NCBI GenBank assembly: GCA_043228905.1
Contig: JBHGNT010000138.1
Coordinates: 4,660 to 68,659, forward strand
Reading direction: 5' to 3'
DNA length: 64,000 nt
Source of the DNA: Azolla caroliniana
Taxonomy: Eukaryota; Plantae; Polypodiophyta
In this document: one piece after another, positions 1 to 11,914 of the stretch
Layout of the letters: each line of letters opens with the position of its first letter
How positions within the stretch are numbered: position 1 is the first letter of the stretch
Position numbers and translations under genes: made by a program
Notes under the pieces: generated by a model
The model's database searches: none
The model's input: the letters and a program-made list of their open reading frames with translations, nothing else
Told to the model about the DNA's origin: nothing

Positions 1-268
1 GTAAGGCAAGTCCCTAAATATTGAAGACAATACATACCCCTTTTGTGATAAAATAAAAGTTTAAATGTAGAACTCCTTTACAAAGGCATCGTCAGGTACA
101 TAGTACACAGTCAAAGGTCCAAGTCCTAAGACAAGTCACTTTTTTCACGTCGAAATTCAGTATTTTCATTATACACAGCATTTCCTTACATTTTGTACGA
201 ACAAGAATCAGGGAGGAAAAATGTATATTACAATGCGTGGGAGACATTTTTCCCACAATTTTGTTTCT

Positions 269-3200
269 TCAGATTTCTAAAGGTTTGTATGTTGAACTCA
301 CGCGTTCAGTGAGATTGAATGATGCCTCATCAGAAACATTTGACATCCACCGATAGTATAGAGTAGCCGCTCCAATTACTGCAGCCATAGAAAGGGCAGC
401 CAAACTCCCAAAGTGTGAAACATCGTTTGCAATGATTGCCACACCCAAAATCAAAAGCTCGGCAAAGCTTGCCAGGGACACTTCCGTGGTTCCTACACTG
501 TTTGCTTGTGAATGGTGTACTGCAGTTTGTAAGATCTGTCCTCCTACTATATCGTATGTGAAATGACCCAAGCGAGAAAGCACCTTTACCACAATAATAA
601 AAGGCAAGCCTTCAGATTCCATGTGCCCATTTTCAGTTCACCGATGAGAAATTATCGTATTATATATATACCCCTCCATTTTTGTGAAAAAGTACTAAAA
701 AATTACCCCTTGGGTATGTAGGATTAATCATTGCTTATATCAGCAGTATAATTAATGTTAGTTAGCTATTATTAGATTGAATAATTAGTGATTAAATAGG
801 CTGATTAGTTACCTAATAATCAATAAGTAGATTAATCAGTACCCTATTAATTGTTAGAACCAAATCACTCGCTGACTAAGCCTAATCAAAATTAGAGGGG
901 TACTTATTATGGGTTTTTGGCCGTTTTAATAAAGGGAGAAGCATTCAAATATCAACTAATCAGTCATCTGATCAATCATTAGAAACCAAATCAAATCACT
1001 GACTAATCCATATTTTAATTCTAAGGGTAACTTTGATCATTTTTAGAAAGTCAAGGGGAGTATTCTGATCAAATATGCAAAGAAACATGACGGAATCACT
1101 CACAATTACTAGGAGAAAGAATGTGAGCGAGCTGGGATGAGATAGCGAATTGCTCCAATAGATCAATACAGCTACAGCGAGCAATGATGCTTGAAGTACT
1201 AGCCCGACCGCACCTGCCTGCTCCCATGAAAAGGTGCTTTTGAAGTCAATATCAAACAACATGTTACATGCATGCAGAACACAGTGCGACGCCATGACTT
1301 ATAACATTCTGGGACGGGTTCAGTATAGGATGTTTACATCTGGGACCAGGAGAAATCAGTCCTCATTCATTATGGTAACTATGAAGCAACAAATCAAAAG
1401 GAGACAACACCCAAATACCCCCAACTTTCTGGTTCAAGTATTGTGTTGAGATTTCAAACGTTCATCAGAATACCCCTCTTTCTGTACAAAACCGATTCCC
1501 ACCATATAGGAGTGTTGTGAATTTTTTTGAAGTTACCAGTTATGCAAAATGCCTAACAATTTCATGACATTACTACTAGCAAATCAGGCAATTGTGAGTA
1601 TTTTTAGGGGTCTTCTGATAAAATAACCCAACAAGTTGGCAACATTTGGGTGCTTGCAGAAACATTATAGATTCAGCACAAAAAATTATATAGACTTCCT
1701 TTCCTAAATTTTTTACTTCTCTTTAAATCTATAGGCTTTACAAATAAAATTTCAAACAACAAACATACTCTGAGAACTCCAACCCTTCGAACCAAAGCTG
1801 CAGAAAGAAAAGTTGCACCAAATCCCATCAATGCTGCCATCCCACTAAATGCTCCGATAATGGATGGATTCAATCCTAAAATGTGAGTTAACAAAAAGAA
1901 TGCTTAATATATTTTCTAGATCAGAATACTCCATATTCGTAAACAAGAACGCTGGTTAACACTACTTTTCTATACTTTGTTTTTGGAGACATAATACCAA
2001 AAAACATGTAGTAAAATAGCATCATTCATTTAATATCGACAGGATCTATGTATGTACCTTTTTGTGTCAGAAACGATGTCATGAGGCTTCCTGGAGCTAA
2101 ACCAATATTGAAATACAGGAATACAGCTGCTAAACTAGCAGGTAAGGCTGGCTGAGACAAGTATTGTGACCATCCAACCTTGAACATTCGTAGACGCCCG
2201 CCATCTGCATTAATGATACACGTCAAATAAAGAACTAGGATTACCCTATGTAATTATTTTGTGAGTGTGTGTCTGCATGCATAAGTTTTAGAAGACCAGA
2301 TATAATAATAGTTTGGGCTTAGATGCACTGGAGTGGGTAATAAATATAAGTTAACTCCAAAATGTATTTGGTTCCATTCTTCCTATATCTTGAAATGTAA
2401 CAATTATGGATATCCCACCAAAAACATATATATCGAAGCTAGCAAACCAGCCTAGCTAGCTTCATGAATTTGTATGGAAAGTTCTTAACAAATTTGCAAT
2501 CCAAAGGCAGTAATATTAGAAAGAGATCTTGAATAAAATAATGCACTCCGTGACAACAACAAAACATCAGCTATTAGATTTAGGCCTCTCTTGAAGAAAA
2601 TTTTAAGAACAAATTGTATTTCTTAATACCTTGGTTCACTGAGCATTTCTCCAATGTGTGTGGCATACTTCCAGTAAATTTAAATATTTTTGGCCGATCT
2701 AGTACATTTTTCGATAACTTGTTCGTACAGAGCACCAGTAAGATCTGTATCATTCGATCTATGAGTCCATGTATAAGCACCATTGAGGTAATTGGACAAT
2801 ACAATAGAAAACGTGTTAAACTGCAAATGATCGACCAACTGAGCTCACCAAAACTGGAAGAGATCCAATCATAATTGCAATAGCTAGCCTCAAACAAGCC
2901 GCAGGGTCATACTTGGCCAGTAATATACCATATAATGAAGTTCCTGTCATCTACATAAGATCAAGAATTTTGTTACATCAGTTCAGTAAGAAGAGATTTA
3001 GATATCATTATGCTCTATTAAGTGGAAGAAGCTCACCTCGCAAAGAAGATCAACTCTACAAAGCATTGCATTTGCATCAGCAAGAGCAATAGGACGATTT
3101 GCACCCGCCAACTAAATTCCAAATAACATGATTTATGATGTGATTTATCATGTCTCTCTCATGTAATTCATCATATTTCAGAAAAAACAAGGTTAAAGCT

Positions 3201-5594
3201 ATAGATAAGAGACTGTACCAACACAACCCAGTCACGTTCAAATGCCACTCCACTTGCTAGTCCAGTTAACCTCTCTATGGCTTGCATTGCTACTAATATA
3301 AGAAACCATGGTTGTTGGAGTAAAGCAGATGTAGAATTAGCTGAGACTACATGATTCCGGAGTGCATAAATAATTGCTCCGGCTGAAATCAACTGTGCAA
3401 CTGTCTGAGATAAAAAAAACATAAATATTATTCATTCAATGAGTATTTACAATTTACTGGTGTCCATCAACGGAAGGAGGCTATCTATCTCTAGAAATTT
3501 GAAGTACCTGTATAATGCTAAGGACATTGAATGCAAAGACACGAGGAAGTGTATCCATTTTCGCACCAATCCATGGCCCACCGATAAATATTACTAACTG
3601 TATGCAAATAACTTGATTATTACCCAATCTCTTGGTGTCAAGTAAAAGGAAAAACGCTTGACAGATATTTTCCATATACAACTGATGATGTGAATGTGAT
3701 GCATAATACCTTGCTCACAAAACTAACAACGGCAACCGGAAGTAAACTGTCATGCAGAAGTGCAACGGCCGACGGCCATGCAAAGTTCCATATTTGCTCC
3801 ACGAAATTTCCGGCAAAAAAGCTTGCATACAAGGCTGTAAGAAAGAACTAAAGTGTCTATACTTTATAATAAGGTATCATGACAACAAGATAAGTAGACG
3901 TGCATGCATTGAGTAGCCATTATGTGGATATACTAACTTATCATATAGCCATTGGAGGAAATGCTCAACAGTAAGCATACCATGGAGACAGATGTGTAAG
4001 AACATTTCTTTAGAGGTCTCTGGTACTACCAAGGAGAGATTCCTCGATGTGAAGAGCTCCAATATAGGGATACAACATCAACAGATATCTTCGGTAAGAA
4101 GAGTACGAATTGTAATGAGTAGATGACAATTGACAACTCATCAACTTGGTAATATTGGTCATGGGGCTTCATGCATAAGCCCTCTAAACGTGAGTGAACC
4201 CTTTACAATAGCAAGATGAATTACCATCCGCAACTGAATTGCTAAGCTTACGTATCTCAATCAAGATGATAGAATGGGCAACAGAAAGTTAACAAGTATA
4301 TCAAGTTACATATTAAAAAGTGTGACAATCAGAGAGGTATGTTATGTACTCATAACTTTGAGAAAAACAAATTAGAACGAACTTACCATAGAGACCTTCA
4401 GGGTGTGCAGGGGTTGCTGCCAAAGCCTCTTGCTCTTCCAAAGATTGTACCTAAATATAACTAAATGCAAATGTTAGCCTCTAGGGAGGGGGCATTAAAC
4501 ATCGAATGATTCAATAGGAATTGTCATATACATGTAATGAAGGCAAGGGAACAAGTTGAGGACTGGCTTCATTATCGGATGTCACTGCATTAGTCCCTTC
4601 ATTGCTGTTTGCTTCCACACTCGATGTCAGAACAGTTCTCTCTAGTTGATGATGAGAGTCTTGTGGTAGCTCATCATCATCTGTGATGATTTGTGTTGAA
4701 TCCACAAACAATTCTCGATGAAAACTTTGTGTTGTAAGTCTCAATCTTCGGCTACATAGTCCCAAAATACATCATATTACGATAAGCATGAGCAAACCCC
4801 CCTTTTTAAAAATAAAAAGCAAAATAATGAGTAGTCTTGGGACATTTTTCCCACTATGATTCCCATATTGTGCATCGGCATGTTTTTATTATTTTTCATG
4901 AATCTTCCACATTGTGCACAGAAACCTCATGATCTAAATTAGTGCTGGAATACGTGATACAGGAGAGTGAGCTCAATGTAAGCCCAGAAAAAAGATTTCT
5001 AACTAGGGTTAGCATCTAAAATGAGCAACCTGAAAACATGTAACGATTAGCAGAAAAGCGTTACCCATTCAACTGAATTAGTCAAATCAAATCTCATGCA
5101 TAATAAGATTTTCAGAAAAATCAAAATGAACGCCACTCAACGCAAAGAAAACCCAGCAATGGAAAGCAAACATAAATAACAAGGAATTGCTTTACAAAGT
5201 AGGTTTTCCTTATCCATACAGGAAAGCTTAATTATACATAGCCCAGGTAGGGTTATAGAAAATAAACCGCCTAAAACCCAATAAATAAGAGGAAGCAAAA
5301 ACCAACTAAAAAAGAAGGGGTTTTTACATACCCATTCGACTAAATTAATCGAGGCAAAAGCAATTACATAAAAAATCCTACCCAAAATGTTAATTATCCC
5401 AAGAAGAAGAAGAAGAATACACAGAAACTCAACAATGAAAAACAACTAAAAACGGAAAGAAGAAGTCGTTTCACTTACCAATTCAATGGTGGGAGAGACC
5501 ATTTCTTTTGAGAATAGACCAAAAACTTCTTTTTCTGGTGACGAAGGAGAAGAAGATGAGGAACAGTGCAGAAAGAGAGTGAAGAGGCGGCCAT
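269..5594 (-). CDS. IREG3: Ferroportin/SLC40-family (IREG) iron/metal transporter, organellar IREG3/FPN3/MAR1-like, 13 coding exons, ~591 aa
   Basis: Manually spliced GT-AG exons (minus strand): 5594-5479, 4751-4532, 4450-4387, 3834-3710, 3597-3508, 3404-3219, 3111-3037, 2950-2849, 2744-2630, 2204-2058, 1875-1769, 1217-1104, 583-269. Total 1776 nt, all phases compatible, stop TGA at 271-269. Family motifs: [118 protein letters not shown]-terminus [12 protein letters not shown] is Ser/Lys/Arg-rich and acid-poor, like a transit peptide. Confidence 0.93.
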
Positions 5595-5611
5595 GGCGAT
5601 ATGGCCTTCAA

Positions 5612-5856
5612 CTGAAGAAAAGTATCAGAAATCATGCGGCCAAGGGGGAATGGAATGGATCTACGGAATCAAAACGAGAAGTTCTACTGTCTCTCCAGAA
5701 GAATATAAGGGAGGAATTCGGTAATCTCTTCTTCTCCTGCTGCTGCTCTTCTTCTATCTGTTGGTCGGTCTCACAGATTCTTCTTCTTATTGCGATTCCA
5801 TGGCTCCTTCTTCTGCCTCTTGCTTTTCTGCCACAGACAAACAAAGGCTTTGGTAC
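5612..5856 (-). other. Putative 5'-UTR intron of the IREG3-like gene
   Basis: Strong acceptor ttctgatacttttcttcAG ends 17 nt upstream of the ATG; candidate donor CAG|GTACC near 5856. The donor choice is a guess. Confidence 0.4.
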
Positions 5857-5946
5857 CTGTAGGTATAAAACAGGGGGAAGGAAAGAGAAGAATGGGTGGA
5901 TATGGCTGCTTGGGATGTGTGTCCTCCCTCCCTCCATCCAAAATCT

Positions 5947-6436
5947 TCCTTCAAATCAGTGAATGAATGAATGGGTGGGTGGGGCCCTTGGAATAAAAGA
6001 CCCCCAGACTCAAAGACCCCCAGACTCCCATCCATTTATTTGGCCCCAAATTGACCTCCTCCTTTGTTGCCCGCCCCCCCCCCCACCAGAGCGCAGACAC
6101 CTCGGAATCCTGACCTTCAATTTAGTGAATGAATGAATGAATGAATGAATGATGAATGGGTGGGTGGCCTTGGAATAAGACCCTACACTCCCATCCATTT
6201 ATCTGGCCCCAGATTGACCTCCTCCTCTGTTGCCTACTTGACTAGAGAGCAGACTACTCGGAATCCTGACCTTCAAATCAGTGAATGAAATGAATGAATG
6301 AATGATTGGGTGGGTGGGTGACCTCGGAATAAGACCCCAGACTCCATCCATTTATCTGGCCCAGATTGTCCATACAAACCTCCTCCAACTGTTGCCCGCT
6401 CGACTAGAAAGAGCAGACTGTTTGGAATCCTGACCT
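5947..6436. repeat. Tandem repeat, 3 copies of ~155-167 bp with embedded (GAAT)n, upstream of the IREG3-like gene
   Basis: Units begin ccttcaa at ~5947, 6114 and 6270; each contains gaatgaatg..gggtgggtgg..ggaataaga..catccatttat.tggccc..acctcctcc..ggaatcctga. Confidence 0.9.
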
Positions 6437-6744
6437 CTTCTTGCCTTCATCCCTCCCTCCTTATCTCCATAAACACTCGTGCTCTTCATCACCTTCACAC
6501 TGTGATCTAGAGTGGTCTTCTTCGACTTCCAAATTCCCTCCCCTTTGACACCTTTCTGGAGCTCTATGGTCGCACATCCTGACACTTATACAACTAAGGA
6601 TTGGTAGATTATGTTTGCCCCTCCTCCTCCTCATCATCATCACATTAGTCAAACAAAGCATCGTAAGTCCATAAAGCATAATGCATCAGGTGAACAATGT
6701 TTGAGAGGGGTAGAAGGATAAGCAAAAGGAAGACAGAGTACTCC

Positions 6745-9700
6745 ATGTGCCTTTCAAGTACCAGAGTATCCACTTGATCGCGGTCCAGTGTTCTCTTCCC
6801 GAATTGCTCATGAACTGGCTAACCACTCCGACAACATATCTGATATTCACCCAGGTACACACCATTACATACATCAAGCTTCCGATGGCAGAGGCATATG
6901 GTATCTTCATCATCTCCACATACACCAGTAGTATCAAGAAGTCACCTCCGTTGAGCTTCTTCACAAATACGCAGTGGTCGGCCTGCGTCTTGTGGTATCC
7001 TTGATCGTTCATGAAGGATTCGAACTTCCGGTACCATTGGCAGGGAGTTTGCTTCAGTCTATATAAGCTCTTCTTCAACCGGCACACCAGGTGCTCCTTC
7101 CCTTTCTTGACGAATCCTTCTGGTTGTTGCATGTAGATCTCTTCTTCGAAGCTTTCCGGCTCCCCTCGTCAGTTAGTAAAACGTGCTCTACATCATAAAA
7201 TCTTCGGGGGGCTCTTCTCTCCCTGAGAGGATATCTTCTTCCTTGGTCTTCGGCCACCGGTTCCTCTGTTTATTCTTCATCTGAATCTGATTCGGGGTCT
7301 TGTTCAATTCCGGTGTCCAATTCTTCCTCTTCTTTGGTCGATTTGGTTTCTTGTCTGAATCCGGCCGGTTCTTTGAGTATCATCCGACTTCCGACCGGAT
7401 GAGTCCTTGTATCTTCTGACTGATTTCGGTCGATCGACCCAGAGTCCATTATCTTTTTCTCCGACTCCCAGTTGGCAATGTTCTTGTTATCCATGAAGAC
7501 AATGTCTCGACTCGGCAAGACCTTCTTATTGACCAAGTCCCACACTCGATAGCCGAACTCATCATGAACATGTTCACGTTCACAAGTAGAAGGATCACGA
7601 AAAATGGAAGGATAAGGAATATCCCGTTTGATTTTAGTAGTTTTTCAGTGATATTACAAAACACATTGATACCCGTATCATACATTCTCAAATATACTAT
7701 GAAAAAGGTTGAAAATCCACCATTTTCGTGATTTAAAAAAGAAAGAAAGAAGAGGAATTTCAAAACGTTTAGGGTTTAATTTATTTCACAAACTTTACAA
7801 CCAATGTTTTTTATAAGAAGCGATATTCATAGGAATCAAATGAATTCAAAACACATGCTTTTATATTACTCGATTTGTTACAAGTGGAAAGTAGTTACAC
7901 TTAATAGCCAAAAATACATTCATGATCACTCCTTTACGGAGAATCATTACTATAACTAATAGATAATGAGGATTCTTCCTCGTCATCCTTGGATGTACCA
8001 ATCAATGCATTATCTTCATCATAAACCAAATGGTGTGACTCTAGATTATATGCAACTGATCTCGTTTGCCTTTGACTCGAGCCACCTTGTAGACCTAGTA
8101 ATTTTTCTTTTATTATATCTATTGTTGACTTCCTTAAACATCCAACTTTTGTAAGCGTGAAGTCGTACATGATCATATCCACATTAGAGATGTCAAGGGT
8201 TGAGGTGTTACAAATGTTTCGCTTCCTCTTCCTACCTCCCCTTGTCGTTGGGCATTCAATCATCTCCAATGTATACTTACCTGTAAAAGCATTTTCTCTT
8301 CTAATGTTGTAGAAATGCACTTTGATCGACTTGATCGTGTTTTCTATTTCATGCATTAGAACTTCTAAAATTTTACCAATCCAAAATTGGTGGCCATGTG
8401 AGTTCTCATCAACAAGTGTTGCAATCAACATCCCTGCCGCGAGCTCTTGCAAATTGCCTTGCCATCTAGCTTCAACTGCTTTGGTCATCCTTGGTCCCAC
8501 ATAAATGTCTCTTTGTTGTGGATGGACCAAACTATCATTAATTGCATTTGTTGGTTGCTCTGGAGTATTATTTACACGATCATGTTGTAGCGACCATGTG
8601 AATGGCGTTTTCAAGGTCCAATTATCACCAGATACACAATTGTCAATAATTCATTTCTGATCACCAAAAAATACATCCCACCATGATGTGTCTTGTTGTG
8701 AGACATATTTCTTTGCGCCCTCAATATGCTTTCTTTTTTCTGTTAAGGCTTGGAGCCATAGGTGTTTTTGTTCCGATACCAAGTCACTATGCAACTGTCT
8801 TTTCTTCTCAATTGGAATTTGTTTAGCTCCATGGACTATTGTACTCGGCATACAAAGTAAGAACTAGCAACCACCTTCAGGTTCCCATTTTGTAGAAGAT
8901 GAATATTGTTTGGCATACAAAAGCGTAGAACCACTTATTTCGTTTTTCTTTATCATAAAAATGTGATTGAAGCTATATTGTTTAACTGGGCAAGCACTTA
9001 ACATTCCCAACACCCCCATTTGATATATATCTCTTAAAGTCATATACCTCCTTCAAGTGTAACCCTTTTGGGTGTGGTGTATATGCATCACAAATGACAT
9101 CAAATAGTTTTGGTAATGTGAAATCATCATGCCGAGACAACTGTCTGGAGAATGTGCTAAACATTTGATCTATATAATCATGTGTGTGGCCAACCAAAAG
9201 AAAATTTACTTTCACTTTTCTAAACAATCCTTGGTTGACCAACATACTTAGATAGCTAAACACAATTGAATTTGCTCTCTTGTCCAAGGAATATCCTTGG
9301 ATGATCGTTGTATCCAAGGAATATGCATGGTTGGGACTTCAGATTCAACTTTTCTCTCTTGTCCTTTGCAACATGCATGTAAGCGAGACAACCGAACACC
9401 TTTAGATGTTGGTAAGACACTTCTTTACCGGTCTATACTCTTTGTGGTGTGTCCATGTCCAAGGGCTTTGAGGGTGATCTATTTATCACATGTCGTTGTC
9501 TTGAGTGGTGAGACCCACAACTTCCGGCTATGGTCGTCTATGAACGTCACGAAGTACTGAGATCGGGCATGTGACTTCGTGTCCACTTGGCATACATTGG
9601 TATGTACAAGTTCTAGTGGTGCATTCCATCTCGACGGTGGTCTCGACTAGAAAGAGGTTTGGTTCTGCTTGCCGGCCAAGCAATCAGTGCACTTCTCAAG

Positions 9701-9891
9701 ATGCACGTCTTTCACCTTCGGAAAGAGGTTATCTTCGGCAAGTCTTCTCATCCCTTTCTGGCTCACCAACATTTTCGGATGCCACGTTCACTTCGTCCCG
9801 GCATATCCGGGCATGCATCAGGTACAATGCGTTGATCTTCCGGGCTCGGGCCATGATTAGGCTTCCTTTGCAAAACTTCATGATTCCGTTC
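6745..9891 (-). mobile_element. Decayed Ty1/Copia (Tork/Tnt1-like) internal fragment, split by a 1.74-kb foreign insertion at 7566-9303
   Basis: GAG-pre-integrase/integrase remnants at 9304-9891 end in HVAKDKREKLNLKSQPCIFLGYND and continue at 7565 with DEFGYRVWDLVNKK. RT remnants (YMQQPEGF, LKKSLYRLKQ, IPYASAIGSLMY) with internal deletions at 6745-7140. Same family as the element at 56205-60622. Confidence 0.88.
7934..9274 (-). pseudogene. Fragment of a DDE/RNase H-like DNA transposase-related gene (Sola-like / DUF7869-type), C-terminal half
   Basis: Motif IVFSYLSMLVNQGLFRKVKVNFLLVGHTHDYIDQMFSTFSRQL, followed by frameshifted or stop-interrupted ORFs 8651-8851 and 7934-8614 (QFWIGKILEV...IKVHFY). 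AT-rich and unlike the flanking Copia. Family name is recalled from the GHTHxxIDQ motif, not searched. Confidence 0.6.
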
Positions 9892-10454
9892 TGTTAGGAA
9901 TATGTCCCTCCAGTGGGAGGAGCCGACTGTTCGGAGAGAGCCGACTATTCGGAGAGAGCCGACAGTCGAAGACAAGGAACAACCGACTGATCGGATGAGT
10001 TGGTTGATTAGTGAGACTATTATTAATACTAGATAATAATAGGAATGACAGTAGTAGTGGCTACATTTGTAAATAGCCCATTTAGGGTATGAGTATAAAT
10101 ACACTTAGGGCAAGTTGCGAGAGTGTGTGAAGTGAGAACAGTGTGTGTGATCCTCCGTTGTAGTTAACGATAGAGAAGTGTGTGAGAACGTGATGTGAGT
10201 CTGTGTGAGCGGCGATATAGTTGTGTTCTGTAACAGCATACGCCAAGAGCCCTGCGCGGCTGATACACTCGGTGTAGAGAGTGTTATACTCTAATCTCGT
10301 TATTGTATATCCACTGTATAGTGAAGCTCCGCTCTCCATGGTTTTCTCTCGCTTTAGGGTTTTCACGTAAAATCTGTGCACATTTTCTTCTATGTTTCTG
10401 AACTGTGTATTTCAGCGCATTCCTTCTTGTGGATTGTCGATTCGTTTCTCAACA
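9892..10454 (+). repeat. 5' LTR (563 bp) of Copia element
   Basis: TG...CA termini, TATAAAT near 10094, PBS immediately downstream. Confidence 0.85.
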
Positions 10455-11914
10455 AACTGGTATCAGAGCTTGAGGTGCAAGCATGGAAGGAGGTGTGAGT
10501 GGCTTCCCAGGAATGATAGTTCTAAACTCTCAGAACTTTGCAAACTGGAAGATAAAGATGGAGGACCTTCTCCTAGTCAAAGACCTGTATGAGCCGATCG
10601 ACAGAGTAGAAATACCCATGGGGATATTAGAGTCGGAATGGAAACTTCTTAACAGAAAGGTTGTGGCCACCATCCGACAGTGCGTCAATGTAAGTGTCCT
10701 TCAACATGTGGCGAACGACACAAATGCCCATGGGATGTGGTAGAAGCTATCAAGTCTATATGAGAGGAAGAACGCCCTCAATAAAACCTCATTGATGAGA
10801 AAGATCGTACGGTTGAAATACAGAGACGGTGACAACATTGTCGAACACATCAACACATTCATGGGGTATGTAAATCAACTTGCTGCAACCAAGTTTCCCC
10901 TCGATGATGCCATGCAGGCCATCTTGCTGATGTGCATACTGCCAGATAGTTGGGAGAACTTGGTGGTTACTGTCAACACCTCCTATCAAGAAGAGAAACT
11001 GCCTTTACAAGTTGTGAAGACAAGCATCTTGAACGACGAAGCAAGAAGGAAGGACAAGGGTGTCCTAGTTCACTCAGAATCAAATCGGACTCAACACATC
11101 AGTAGAGGGAGGAATCGGCAAAGAAGTCCACCAAGGAGAGAAAAGTCTCAAGCCAGGTCGAAGTCTAGAGGTAAGCTCGTGTGCTTCTATTGTGGAAAAC
11201 CTGGACACTTCCAGAGGGACTGTTGACACATGAGGAAGGACAAAGGTGTCATTAATGGTGTTGAACCCAGGAAGATTCCTGATGAAAAGGGAACTTCAGC
11301 CATTGCTACGAGCAATGAAGAATTGTTGTTCATTTGCGAACAGACAAGTCCAAACCTTGTGAGCGAAGAATGCATTTGGGTGATCGACTCCAGTGCATCC
11401 TTCCACATAACTCCATCATGAGAGTATTTCTCGACTTACATAGCCGGTGATCATGGTTATGTAAAGATGGGTGATAATGGGGGGTGCAAGGTAGCCGGAA
11501 TCGGAAGGGTCTGCCCGACAACGTCGACAGGGTGTTGGCTAACTCTGAAGGATCTTCGACATGACCCTGACATCAAATTGAATTTGATATCGACTGGAAG
11601 ACTAGACGATGAGGGCTACAGTGGCAGCTTCCAAAACGGGAAATGGAAGTTCTGCCGAGGAAATCTTATAGTGGCCCAAGCACAGAAAGAAGGCACATTG
11701 TATATGATGCAAACCTGACTGTGCAAGTCGGAAATGAATGTGATAGCCGACTCGGCAGGACAGATATGACATAAGAGGCTAGGCCACATGAGTGCGAAGG
11801 GATTGCATCTGTTGGCCGACCAGAAGCTTCTATCAGAAGTAAAGGGAGTGCACCTGGAGAAGTGTGTTGATTGCTTAGTCGGAAAGCAGAACAGAGAAAC
11901 ATTCCACACATGGC

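Noticed and set aside
668-905. Possible MITE in the last intron (TACCCCT...AGGGGTA, TAATCA/TGATTA-rich)
   Set aside because: Inverted match is only ~7 bp and similar TACCCC motifs are scattered through the introns; cannot be supported without a copy-number search.
5137-6679. ORFs 5137-5445, 5486-5962, 5632-5937 and others around the first exon
   Set aside because: Low-complexity translations of intron, UTR and tandem-repeat sequence or antisense to exon 1; no family motifs.
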